Positions 39,347 through 48,224 of a stretch of DNA of 56,715 bases are shown here, in pieces. Location: the IMG/VR virus record IMGVR_UViG_2622736468_000005. One strand, given 5' to 3'. Within the stretch, counting starts at the first letter, position 1, and every line of letters starts with the position of its first letter. The translations under genes were made by a program, and so were the position numbers. The notes beneath the pieces were generated by a model. The model made no database searches. It had not been told where the DNA came from and was given only the letters and a program-made list of their open reading frames with translations. This DNA comes from a virus. Lineage: Duplodnaviria > Heunggongvirae > Uroviricota > Caudoviricetes.

Positions 39347-40229
39347 GTTCACAGATAAAACACTCTCCAGGAAACCCGGGGCGGTTCACTTACCACAACA
39401 CGCACACGGCTGTGTCTTCACCCAGCGTGTGTATTTCTCGTTAACCCAGCGGCGACGTTTAGGTCGTTTCATGAAAGATTCCGGAGACTCAGGATCAACG
39501 GCAATGCTGACCACCGTCTCTTCCTGTGGCGGGTTTTGCTGGTGGGCGTGAGGCAGCGGCGCAAGATTTTTTGTGCGCTGCTTCAGTATGCTGGTGGCGG
39601 TCTGCTCTCCCGGTACGATGTCGCTTTCACGGTACATTGAGCGGATTTTTTCCGCACGCAACCCCAGCGAACGACGTAATACCGCTTCCGGTAGCGCGTC
39701 CGCCACCTGATTGCGGACCGCCCACCAGGATAATTCAGCCAGCGATAATTCCCGTTCCTGCGAGCCATTCATTGCATGGCGTATGACGTCAATCATCCAT
39801 GCAGACAGGTTTTGGTGAGCAAGTTGCCCGAGTGATTCGGAGGTCTGGTCGCGCAGCTGGTTGTCGCAGTGCCAGCACAACACCATTGCGCCGGTACCAT
39901 AACGGTGAATGACGGTTTCACTGTGGTGATAATCGCCGTGTGGCCACTGGCAGGATTTAACATGGCGCAGTAACCAATCAGACAATGCGCCAGCGCCACC
40001 AGCAGCACGAATCACTCGTTCGTCGCTGAAAAATGGCAGTAATGATTTATCCTCCGCCAGCGGCTGGCGAACGGCAGGAACGACCCCGGACGGCAGATTA
40101 CGCATGCTTTTCGGTTCCGGCTCCACCAGTACCCGGGTATTGTGGAATACCGGCATGGATTCACGGCCCGGCTTAACGATCACCAGCCCGAGTTCCGGTA
40201 CCAGAACAGGTCGAAGTAATACCCGCACG

Positions 40230-40514
40230 TTACCTCCAGATGCGTTGCTGGAATGTGCGGGACGGACGCGGTGGGCGTTCGGAATAAGGGAGTCTGACGT
40301 AGATTATCCAGTGACGATAATCGAGGGTGAGGGCTTTCCTAAACTCATATCCACGTCTGCGGTAGTTATGAATCAGCCATTCGGCCTGTTCTTCAGTACA
40401 GGGATCGTGCTGATACCAGTCATATTTGAATGCGTGAGAACGCCACCCGTGCCTGCTGGCAAAGGCAGAATCAGAATTGCGAAATTTGAAATTATGCGCC
40501 ATTGTCATCTCCAA
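40230..40514 (-). CDS. hypothetical protein
   Basis: 94-aa track ORF; probable start at internal MAHNFKF; unknown family. Confidence 0.3.
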   Translation of the reverse strand: MEMTMAHNFKFRNSDSAFASRHGWRSHAFKYDWYQHDPCTEEQAEWLIHNYRRRGYEFRKALTLDYRHWIIYVRLPYSERPPRPSRTFQQRIWR

Positions 40515-40558
40515 TGGCGCTGCAGGTTGCCAGTTGTTCAGGCTGGCTCACGTATTAT

Positions 40559-40735
40559 AACTTATTCCCGAACTACCTTGAAACCGAGTCTTTCCAAGTA
40601 TTCAATGAATGCCTCAACAGATAACACTACATGATCATCAGGAATTAACGCTGTGTAGGTAATACCCCCATTCTCAACGCGCACAGCATAGAGGCCATCT
40701 TCACTAAAAATTTCACGTAATTCTTCGATTTTCAT
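40559..40735 (-). CDS. hypothetical small protein (58 aa)
   Basis: Minus-strand ORF MKIEELREIFSEDGLYAVRVENGGITYTALIPDDHVVLSVEAFIEYLERLGFKVVRE, below track length cutoff. Confidence 0.3.
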
Positions 40736-40865
40736 CAACAGAATCCTTCCAGATAAATAGCACTCCCCTGTTCGGGGTCCATCCCTCTTCTCCCTGCGCG
40801 CTACTTAAGTATTTTTGATTCTATTCTGGCACCGTCCAAAACTTCAAACACGTTGAAAATAAAAA

Positions 40866-40886
40866 CAAAAAACCCGCCGAAGCGGG
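40866..40886 (-). terminator. intrinsic terminator after HTH-peptidase gene (cccgc-ttcg-gcggg + T-run)
   Basis: Minus-strand acccgcttcggcgggttttttgtttttatttt immediately after stop at 40892. Confidence 0.6.
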
Positions 40887-40891
40887 TATAC

Positions 40892-41998
40892 TCAAACAAT
40901 CTGGAAAATATTTCTTGGATTTGTAATAGGTCTGTTGATGGAGAACAACTCACGAATTAAATCTTGGCTCAAGCCAGTTTTCATAAGAATTCTTAGCCAG
41001 GTTGCATCATCCAGCATTTCAATCGCCTCGGCCAGCATGCCGGGTTCTTCAGGGCGCAAAAGTTCATCACCAGGTTCAACTCTCGTATACCCTCTGGAAT
41101 TAAGATGCATATAGCCAGTTCTTGCCTGTTCCTGGGTCAATAAGCCTAATGCGCTGGCTCGATAAATACACATTTTAAGGCTGATTTTCCATCTAAGTTT
41201 AAATTCAACCAGAGCATTCCAGTCGAATTGCTTACCTCGTATTCGTGGAAATTCTTTAATGAAAGATAACCTGGGAACTAATAAGGCGCTCGAAAAGTGA
41301 TCGGCTTGTGATTCCGTAAGTTTATCACCTGTCGTTATGCCCTCATGCATTACTAAATGCCCTAATTCATGACCTAAATCAGAGCGAAATCTACATATGC
41401 TTTTTTTAACATTGTTCCTGATGATAACAGGCCTGTTATTGTGAACAGTAAAAGCATCAACACGATCATCGACTCCCGTAACATGCGCAACGATTACCCC
41501 TAAACTCTCCGCCAATTTAACCATTGATGATATAGGGCCAAGACCTAAATTCCAGGCACGGCGACAATCTTCTGCCACTCGCTCAATATCATTCGGAGTA
41601 AGTAATTCAGCCCCTGGGTGCTCCGGTATGTTAACGTCAGGAAATTCGATTTCACCTTCAACAGCAGAAATTATAATATTAAGAATCTCAGCCCTGGCCA
41701 ATACACTATTAGTCAGCGTTTGAGTCCTGGACTTCTTACTCCGAAAATGGCAGACATCACTTTCCAGAGCGTATTTTCGTTCAGTAAAAAGAAAACTGGA
41801 CTTAATCATAAGCGCTGAAGATATTAACTCAAGACATTGCTCCGATGGCCTGCACCCCTTCTCCAGTTTGCTAACGAATTGCTTTGTCTTGCCAATTTTT
41901 TCGGCTAACTCTTCACAAGAAAGCCCAACAGCCATTCTCGCTAGTTTGAGCTTATCACCCCGATACTCAGTGAAGTTATTCACCTGATGTTCCATCAC
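40892..41998 (-). CDS. HTH-XRE DNA-binding domain fused to ImmA/IrrE-family zinc metallopeptidase (M78, HEXXH)
   Basis: 368-aa ORF; N-terminal HTH (LKLARMAVGLSCEELAEKIGKTKQFVSKLEKG), central HEXXH (SDLGHELGHLVMHEG); AT-rich gene. Confidence 0.7.
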   Translation of the reverse strand: MMEHQVNNFTEYRGDKLKLARMAVGLSCEELAEKIGKTKQFVSKLEKGCRPSEQCLELISSALMIKSSFLFTERKYALESDVCHFRSKKSRTQTLTNSVLARAEILNIIISAVEGEIEFPDVNIPEHPGAELLTPNDIERVAEDCRRAWNLGLGPISSMVKLAESLGVIVAHVTGVDDRVDAFTVHNNRPVIIRNNVKKSICRFRSDLGHELGHLVMHEGITTGDKLTESQADHFSSALLVPRLSFIKEFPRIRGKQFDWNALVEFKLRWKISLKMCIYRASALGLLTQEQARTGYMHLNSRGYTRVEPGDELLRPEEPGMLAEAIEMLDDATWLRILMKTGLSQDLIRELFSINRPITNPRNIFQIV

Positions 41999-42626
41999 TG
42001 CTCACATCCAAATCTTTATCCTTCGTACGCCGACGAAGAGGCACCTTATTAATCTCCGCTTCGTCAGGGAGTGTGTTATAATCAAGAGGCATAAGCGGCA
42101 TCGATGCTGTAGATTGATGAGAAACTATACTAATCTGAGCACCATAAGTATTAAATCCAACAAGAGCTACCTCCCAACGAGGCAGTGTGGACTCTAATTC
42201 ACCATCGCCCTCTTCGGATAAAAAAGGCTCAGCTATGACTCGCCATGTAATATCTTGCTCAGCCTCAACATCACCAAACAATGAGAGCTGCTCATACTCT
42301 ACTTTATTTCGACGCAGACGATGTTTCTTTTTGGGGTTATTAATGCAATCTTTGGTAAATTGTAGCGGAACTTTATTTAAAGCAACTACATAGTCCAACC
42401 CCTTGGAAATCATCTCAAGGCCAGGAATTGCATCTTCATTTTGAATAAGATGATTTCTGACCCAATCATAAGCCCTTACACCTTCAGACCAGTTGCTGTC
42501 TAATGCGTGCTTATGATAGTACAGCTGCTCAAGTACGTTAGCGATCTCCGCCAACAAGTGGCGAACATAGTTTTCAGCAAGATAAGGTTGAAATTCCCAA
42601 CAAGGAGCTAACTGATTTTCATTCAT
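41976..42626 (-). CDS. hypothetical protein, upstream partner of HTH-ImmA/IrrE gene (unknown family)
   Basis: 216-aa ORF overlapping the next gene by 23 bp (operon); promoter-like TTGACA...TATGTG upstream; AT-rich. Confidence 0.5.
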   Translation of the reverse strand: MNENQLAPCWEFQPYLAENYVRHLLAEIANVLEQLYYHKHALDSNWSEGVRAYDWVRNHLIQNEDAIPGLEMISKGLDYVVALNKVPLQFTKDCINNPKKKHRLRRNKVEYEQLSLFGDVEAEQDITWRVIAEPFLSEEGDGELESTLPRWEVALVGFNTYGAQISIVSHQSTASMPLMPLDYNTLPDEAEINKVPLRRRTKDKDLDVSSDGTSGE

Positions 42627-42701
42627 TTCAAGTTTCGCTTTTTTTAGAATTCGTAAACCACATATTTTCGCATTTTTCTATTTTTGTCAACCAGACTAAT
42701 G

Positions 42702-42722
42702 CAAAAACCCGCCGAAGCGGGT
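42702..42722 (-). terminator. intrinsic terminator after hokD; same hairpin sequence as 40866..40886
   Basis: Minus-strand aacccgcttcggcgggttttt; identical stem-loop to the downstream copy. Confidence 0.55.
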
Positions 42723-42791
42723 TAAGTGCGGGTGCGTTGAGGATGCCTGGCACATCAGAGGTGGCGGGAGATTACTCCCCCGCCGGGTCTC

Positions 42792-42947
42792 TTACTCCTC
42801 AGGTTCGTAAGCTGTGAAGACAGCGACCTCCGTCTGGCCGGTTCGGATTCGTACCTCGCAGAGGTCTTTCCTCGTTACCAGTGCCGTCACAATGACGGTT
42901 AAACAGATGACGATCAGGGCGATTAGCATCGCCTTTTGCTGCTTCAT
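42792..42947 (-). CDS. hokD: Hok/Gef-family small membrane toxin (HokD/RelF-like)
   Basis: 51-aa ORF MKQQKAMLIALIVICLTVIVTALVTRKDLCEVRIRTGQTEVAVFTAYEPEE with AAGGAG RBS; track ORF 42792..43004 carries an in-frame N-terminal extension. Confidence 0.8.
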   Translation of the reverse strand: MKQQKAMLIALIVICLTVIVTALVTRKDLCEVRIRTGQTEVAVFTAYEPEE

Positions 42948-43238
42948 AGCCTGCTTCTCCTTGCCTTTCGGCACGTAAGAGGCTAACCTACGTGTGTAGA
43001 GCATAGATATGGCCTCAGATTAATGTTAAGCGTCTTGCCGGACGCGTAATGTTAACTGGGGCTTTTCTCTATCTGCCTTTTGGTGTTCATGCCTGAGACA
43101 GATAGCCTCAAGCACCCGCTGCAATTCTACTTAACTCTCCTTTTCCCGCAAACCGTTTTTATCCCCAGCGGCAAATCGAATACACCACCAGCGCCACCGC
43201 CATCGCAATTCCTACCGTTGTTAATGCTTCAGGCCAGG

Positions 43239-43583
43239 TCATCGTAAAATATCCTCCACGCTTATCAGTCCGTTCCGCTCCAGATAACTCATCGCCTTAT
43301 CCGGTAATTTGCAGTCTGGCTTCGCTTTCCTCAGTTGCCAGGTTAACTGCTTTACCAGCATGGTTAACTCATCGACCAGACGCTGATATCCCACTGGTTT
43401 GTATTCATGCAATTTACCGGCTGGCTCTGCTGCCAGCGATACCAGTGCGATTTCCAGAACAGCAATATCCATCTTATATGTGCGGATGATGTCATGGTCG
43501 ATTGTGCCCGGTATGCACAGTCTCTGTGCTTCAATAGTCTCCTCTGCGTGAGCTATTAACTGCTCTCTGGTAAAAGTCGTCAT
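43239..43583 (-). CDS. hypothetical protein (nin-region)
   Basis: 114-aa ORF; N-terminus MTTFTREQ... is paralogous to next small ORF. Confidence 0.4.
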   Translation of the reverse strand: MTTFTREQLIAHAEETIEAQRLCIPGTIDHDIIRTYKMDIAVLEIALVSLAAEPAGKLHEYKPVGYQRLVDELTMLVKQLTWQLRKAKPDCKLPDKAMSYLERNGLISVEDILR

Positions 43584-43750
43584 GCCGTAGCCCCTTCTTG
43601 ATATTTTTCAAACCAGAACACAACCGGCTCTGCTTCCAGCGATGCCAGCGCAATCCGTGCCAGTTCCATTTGTTCACCACGGGTAAGCCCGTTTTCAAGC
43701 GGGTTTTTAATGAACAATTCAATACGTTCTTTGGTAATAGTGGTCATGTG
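43583..43750 (-). CDS. hypothetical small protein (55 aa)
   Basis: [62 protein letters not shown]; shares MTT-T...IA.ASLEAEP pattern with 43239..43583. Confidence 0.3.
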
Positions 43751-43757
43751 TTACTCC

Positions 43758-44021
43758 TTAACCCGCAGTGCTTTCAACTGATGAGGGGAACAAAATCTTT
43801 TCATCAAACCCTGCATTCATATCATGGACAGCAACACACCAATCCATTGACGAACGATTATCAAGAGCCTCCATGATTTCATCCATGCGGCGCAGGTCAT
43901 ACAGGTAAATGCTTTTATCGCCAATGGTGTAAAAACCAATTTTTTTCGGTGATGGACAGCGATCAAGAACGTCCTGTAATTCGTTCAACCATGCCTGTTC
44001 TTTTTTTGTCAAAGTTGCCAT
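43758..44021 (-). CDS. hypothetical protein
   Basis: 87 aa from internal Met (MATLTKKEQAWLNELQD...) of track ORF 43758..44111; AAGGA RBS. Confidence 0.35.
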   Translation of the reverse strand: MATLTKKEQAWLNELQDVLDRCPSPKKIGFYTIGDKSIYLYDLRRMDEIMEALDNRSSMDWCVAVHDMNAGFDEKILFPSSVESTAG

Positions 44022-44022
44022 A

Positions 44023-44241
44023 TCAGTTTTCCTTATACGGATTAATTTTATTGTGCAGTGTGTTGAACGGAGCCCATACCACGTCGTTATACAATTCAAT
44101 AACTGGCTCAATTATTTTTCCGATTCCCCATACCAGAATTAACGGGGATATCGGTATCATCAACACGATAAACAGAATGAGAAACAAAAATTCTGTCGCT
44201 CTACTTTTTCGCGGATATTCTTTTCTGAATAATGTAGGCAC
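44023..44241 (-). CDS. hypothetical small membrane protein
   Basis: 72-aa ORF with one strongly hydrophobic segment (FLFLILFIVLMIPISPLILVWGIG). Confidence 0.35.
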   Translation of the reverse strand: MPTLFRKEYPRKSRATEFLFLILFIVLMIPISPLILVWGIGKIIEPVIELYNDVVWAPFNTLHNKINPYKEN

Positions 44242-44242
44242 A

Positions 44243-44458
44243 TCACTCTCCTTTGTTGCTCCTCAAAATTTTATGCCCTGGCGCAAAAGCACGCGTTTTG
44301 TCGGCACTTATTCGCCACCCATCTTTACGTGCCTCTTTTGCACAGCCAGCCCATGACGTACCGATATACTCACCAAAATCTGGCGACTGATATTTGCCAT
44401 CCGTACACTGGCGGCAATCACAATAGAGATGCATGGTATAACTTGCGGCAATACCCAT
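44243..44458 (-). CDS. hypothetical Cys-rich small protein
   Basis: 71-aa ORF, CDCRQCTDG motif. Confidence 0.3.
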   Translation of the reverse strand: MGIAASYTMHLYCDCRQCTDGKYQSPDFGEYIGTSWAGCAKEARKDGWRISADKTRAFAPGHKILRSNKGE

Positions 44459-44818
44459 TCAGCCTCCTTTGATGCCCGTGTTTACAACCAGGCAGGCCTC
44501 CTTGAGTACCCAGTCAATAGCGTCTTTCCATGCTCCGGTTTCAACTGGCGGATCCTCACGCCGTACCTGTTCATAAAAGCGCACAGCTTTAACCAGTCCT
44601 TCTGATGTCACCGAAGCTGGCGGGGCCGTGAATAACGCCTGAATTTCATAGTTTGGTCTGTCGTTACAATCCTCTTTTGTCGGGACATATTTCCAGTCAC
44701 CAACCCACTGCTTCCCCTGAAAGTCTGTAACGCCTTTTTTCACGTAGCGATATCGCCATGCCACTGGTTTTGCCTGCCCTACCTTTTCATGCCCTTCCTG
44801 ATAATTAATCTCGCTCAT
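44459..44818 (-). CDS. hypothetical protein
   Basis: 119-aa ORF, translationally coupled to neighbours. Confidence 0.35.
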   Translation of the reverse strand: MSEINYQEGHEKVGQAKPVAWRYRYVKKGVTDFQGKQWVGDWKYVPTKEDCNDRPNYEIQALFTAPPASVTSEGLVKAVRFYEQVRREDPPVETGAWKDAIDWVLKEACLVVNTGIKGG

Positions 44819-45261
44819 TCATCGCCCCACTCATCACAATATGCTTCGACCGGTGTTTTCCCTGCTTCATAATCATCACGCCATGCTTCAGCATCAGCGG
44901 CACTTCCACCGCGTAACTCTGCATAATCCATTAACAGTTCATGCCATTCTTCAAAACTGGCGTTATATTTAGTTGAACCAAAATCAGCCATTTTGTTCTT
45001 CCTCTTCGTCTTTTATTTCGTGGTATGAGTAATTGCAGTAGTTAAAGAAAATATCTTTAGCTTCATCCTGTATTTCATCTGGTGTTGCATCATCATCCAC
45101 TTCGAATTCATCCTCGAAATCTCCACCGGCTATTCCCGTTTCAATAATTATTTTGAATTTTCGCATTTCACTACCGCCCTTTCGGACGGCCTCCTGATGT
45201 TCTGAGGGTGCAGAAATCCCTCCGGTTAAGGATTTGATTTTATTTACAGTGCTAAATTTAA

Positions 45262-45618
45262 TTATTCAGTTCTGGATTTTGTCGCCCTGCATATCCGCGC
45301 TTTCGCGTTACGCTCAATCTGAATTAACTTTTCTATATTTTTCCGCCTTTCCTGTTCCTCCTGGCGCAATAGCCTTACATCATCTGCCAGTCTGGTTTCT
45401 CTTTTCGCCACAGAGAGCATCCAGTCAAACGGCTCCACAACTGCACCGCAGATTTTACAGCGGACCTGACGCTCTTTTTCGTCAACCCGAACAGAGGCGT
45501 GATGACAATATGGTCTTTCCGATGGCTCATAAAGAAAATTAACCTGATTACGAGGGTCATCCTCTTTTACCGGAAATAAAACGATATTGCTTAACTCATC
45601 CTCTGGTTTTATTTCCAT
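45262..45618 (-). CDS. hypothetical protein with zinc-ribbon-like Cys/His pattern
   Basis: 118-aa ORF (CHH...CKIC). Confidence 0.3.
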   Translation of the reverse strand: MEIKPEDELSNIVLFPVKEDDPRNQVNFLYEPSERPYCHHASVRVDEKERQVRCKICGAVVEPFDWMLSVAKRETRLADDVRLLRQEEQERRKNIEKLIQIERNAKARICRATKSRTE

Positions 45619-46057
45619 GCTCCTCTCCTTTGATGCGAATGCCAGCGACGCGTAATGCGTGTTCTAAGTCAATCAGGTAAAGCCAACTGCCATTTTCTTT
45701 AGGTATCATGACATGTCGCTCATCTGCATTTATCGGGTGTCCATATCGAAGGTCGTAGCGAGTCGGTAATTGAACTTCCCGCGCTTCCAGTTCAGCAATA
45801 CGCTTGCTCCCATCAGAGATAACGCCTTCGTAATACTCACGCTGCTCTTTGAGTTGTGATTTTGCTTCTTCCAGTCCATCCAGCAAATCAGCGATAATAT
45901 CCGCTTCCCGATGACGGATGTGACGCTTAAACGCAGCAAGAGCCGCATCACAATCCCGTTCAGCATTTGGGCTGTCCGGGATAGCCTGATACCACGCCAG
46001 CGTCGACTGATAGTTTTGTGCTGCCTCACGAAGCGCCTCATAGTTAACCTCTCTCAT
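45596..46057 (-). CDS. hypothetical protein
   Basis: 153-aa ORF. Confidence 0.35.
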   Translation of the reverse strand: MREVNYEALREAAQNYQSTLAWYQAIPDSPNAERDCDAALAAFKRHIRHREADIIADLLDGLEEAKSQLKEQREYYEGVISDGSKRIAELEAREVQLPTRYDLRYGHPINADERHVMIPKENGSWLYLIDLEHALRVAGIRIKGEEHGNKTRG

Positions 46058-46419
46058 TGAGCCACCTCCTGATAAATCACTGCATGCCCCAGTTTCTCCG
46101 CCAGTGCCAGCTCTGCCTTAGCGCCCGCTGACCGCTGCCAGCCATTCAGCATGTAAATCGCATCCACACAACGAATCATTGCCATGCAAATATCCATGTA
46201 GTGCGGCTGTGTCAGCCCGTCCGGAAGTACTGCCGGGTTTAAGACGGTATGCCCTTCCCGTTTCAGTTCCTCTTCCGCCTTGTGAAACGCCTCACGGTTG
46301 AAATTTTCATATCCCGTCATTGGACCGGCAATATAAACTCTGACCCTCACTCCATCACCTCCTGAAAGTTTCCCCGATAGAACGCCAGCACACGCTGCAT
46401 AACTTCGCTCTGGCGGCAC
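46054..46419 (-). CDS. DUF4406-like (nucleoside 2-deoxyribosyltransferase-like) protein; start probably downstream of track start
   Basis: VRVRVYIAGPMTGYENFNREAF motif; 73-bp overlap with upstream ORF suggests shorter true N-terminus. Confidence 0.4.
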   Translation of the reverse strand: MPPERSYAACAGVLSGKLSGGDGVRVRVYIAGPMTGYENFNREAFHKAEEELKREGHTVLNPAVLPDGLTQPHYMDICMAMIRCVDAIYMLNGWQRSAGAKAELALAEKLGHAVIYQEVAQ

Positions 46420-46754
46420 TCACGACAAATTATGTTCTGCCGTCTGTTGTAACGACGTATTTCTCCGTCAGGTAACTTTCGAATCAGTGTCGGGTCAGCA
46501 GCCTTCTCCGGTGTCTTACGCCATACGCGATACGCCTGCTCTGATGGAAATACCCCGCAACCAGAGAGCCAGACATCACCACTGGCCGCAAGCGCACCAG
46601 ATAAACGACGAATAGCGGTCTTACTGACACCCGTTTTATCTGCCAGTTGTCGAAAAGTTTCTCGTCCGCTCAGGCGCACGAATTCCACAATGCGCGCCTT
46701 CACTTCTTCCCGCTCTTCTGGTGTAAATACTTTTGCCATAAGCGCCTCCGGCAA
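46347..46754 (-). CDS. hypothetical protein with HTH-like segment
   Basis: 135-aa ORF. Confidence 0.3.
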   Translation of the reverse strand: MPEALMAKVFTPEEREEVKARIVEFVRLSGRETFRQLADKTGVSKTAIRRLSGALAASGDVWLSGCGVFPSEQAYRVWRKTPEKAADPTLIRKLPDGEIRRYNRRQNIICRECRQSEVMQRVLAFYRGNFQEVME

Positions 46755-47543
46755 TCACTTTTCCGATACAACACGGCGGGAAGAATCAGTAATCTGTCGA
46801 ACAATATCCCGGTGCTTGTTCACCTCCCGCAGCGCGGCGCAGACTCGCTCCCACTTCTGAACATCACTTTTCGCCCTGCGCAGCGCCAGGTTTGCCCTGC
46901 GAAGGGACGGAAAAATCAGCTCATCTGCTTGCGTTTCGGTAAACGATGGCAACGGCTGCACAATGTCCGCCACAGTTTCTGTTTTAATTTCTTCCTGTGT
47001 TGCGGCTTCCCGGACTGGTAACGCAGCACCTGCTGGCTGAGGAAAGGCCTTACCATCACTTTCCGTTACCAGCGCGGCTTTCGGCTCTGCTGGTAAATTA
47101 TCGCCCGGCATGCAGTAACGAAATTTATCGTTCTGATTAACGCGTGCCAGCCGCCCCGTTGCGGTTACCACCGCCAGCGTGGAGGCAACCTTGCGAGTAC
47201 TGACGCCGAACTTACCCGCCAGTTCCTCACACGTTTTAGCACCATCCTGACCGATAAACTCAATCATCATGTCTGCGGTAACTTTTTGTTCGACCTCCCC
47301 GGTCAGCATATCCTGTGCTTCAGATTTTACTGGCCGCTCTTCGGTTACCCGGGATTCACCTTCGCCAGCCAGAAACCAGGTGTGACCAGTTTTATCAACG
47401 ACGCCATTTCTTTTGAGTTCCCACAGCTCGTTGAGAACCTCTTCACGACTGATATCAAGTCGCGCGGCCAGTTCTACCGATGTGGCTTTTCCCATTGCTT
47501 TCAGTGCGTCAAATACGGTTTCCATTAAAATTTCCTCCGACAA
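46755..47543 (-). CDS. hypothetical protein with winged-helix-like repeats
   Basis: 262-aa ORF. Confidence 0.35.
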   Translation of the reverse strand: MSEEILMETVFDALKAMGKATSVELAARLDISREEVLNELWELKRNGVVDKTGHTWFLAGEGESRVTEERPVKSEAQDMLTGEVEQKVTADMMIEFIGQDGAKTCEELAGKFGVSTRKVASTLAVVTATGRLARVNQNDKFRYCMPGDNLPAEPKAALVTESDGKAFPQPAGAALPVREAATQEEIKTETVADIVQPLPSFTETQADELIFPSLRRANLALRRAKSDVQKWERVCAALREVNKHRDIVRQITDSSRRVVSEK

Positions 47544-47558
47544 AATCGTTTCTCAGAT

Positions 47559-48224
47559 TCAAATAAAACCAGCTGCCTTCCGGCGTTCGTATTCCTGTTT
47601 CAGCCGTTCAATTGGCGTTGGCCCTTGCGGGTGTTTCGCCCCTTCCAGTTGTCGTCGCACTGGCGGAACACTCATCCCGTTACCAACATGCTTTGCCCAT
47701 TTCGTCAGTTGCCGTTCCGCAAGTCGTTTTAACTCACCCTGCGTCATCTGGCGCTCAATCCCTCTGGTACGCATTTCGAGGCAGATGTGGTACAGCACAG
47801 GCTGAGGCCACGGATATTTGTCGCTTCCGTCATATCGCCAGGACTCATCACGCCAGCGGCGGTACTCCTCCATCACAGCATCCACCGTCAGGCCAAATGG
47901 ATTGGCCCCGCTTTCTGAAATCAGCGCCACAAACTCAGCCAGGTCCGGAGGCCATGTTTCACCCGCCCGGCAGCGGTCCATGCACTGGCGGCAGACCTGT
48001 CGGATTTGCTGCTCAGTCATCGCGCCAATCTGTGCAATCCAGAGCTTCGAAGGTGCGGCCCCGTTCTTCTGGGTCCAGCGGTTCGAATAAACCTCCCCCA
48101 TGAGTTCCCACAGCTTCCAGACCGTTTCCGTCGCTGATAAATCCGTTTTCACGTTCCCACTGCTCACGTGCTGCCCGAATTTCCTGAACTGCCCGTGATG
48201 CGGTGCCACCTGGTGCTGCTGCAT
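47559..48224 (-). CDS. replication protein P-like (helicase loader); start uncertain
   Basis: 221-aa ORF; C-terminal half resembles lambda P (…YPWPQPVLYHICLEMR…, C-terminal basic tail); 211-bp overlap with upstream ORF. Confidence 0.55.
   Translation of the reverse strand: MQQHQVAPHHGQFRKFGQHVSSGNVKTDLSATETVWKLWELMGEVYSNRWTQKNGAAPSKLWIAQIGAMTEQQIRQVCRQCMDRCRAGETWPPDLAEFVALISESGANPFGLTVDAVMEEYRRWRDESWRYDGSDKYPWPQPVLYHICLEMRTRGIERQMTQGELKRLAERQLTKWAKHVGNGMSVPPVRRQLEGAKHPQGPTPIERLKQEYERRKAAGFI

Larger units (their letters stand above)
38079..39388 (+). mobile_element. IS629 (IS3 family), 1310 bp, with imperfect terminal inverted repeats and 4-bp target duplication CTTA
   Basis: Left end TGAACCGCCCCGGGAATCCTGGAG..., right end reverse-complement TGAACCGCCCCGGGTTTCCTGGAG...; flanking CTTA on both sides; internal orfA/orfB. 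Confidence 0.85.
37868..40228 (-). pseudogene. DUF968-type protein with C-terminal HNH-like motif, split by IS629 insertion
   Basis: 5' part is the 280-aa track ORF 39386..40228, which ends ...TQPCACCGK with its stop supplied by the IS end; reading resumes in frame after the IS (PADDPHHLIGHGQGGMGTKSHDIFTLPLCREHHNELH...). Confidence 0.7.

Noticed and set aside
42948-43004. N-terminal extension of the hok ORF in the track (start at 43004)
   Set aside because: Hok-family toxins are about 50 aa and a strong AAGGAG RBS precedes the internal MKQQK start; the upstream ATG is more likely part of the leader.
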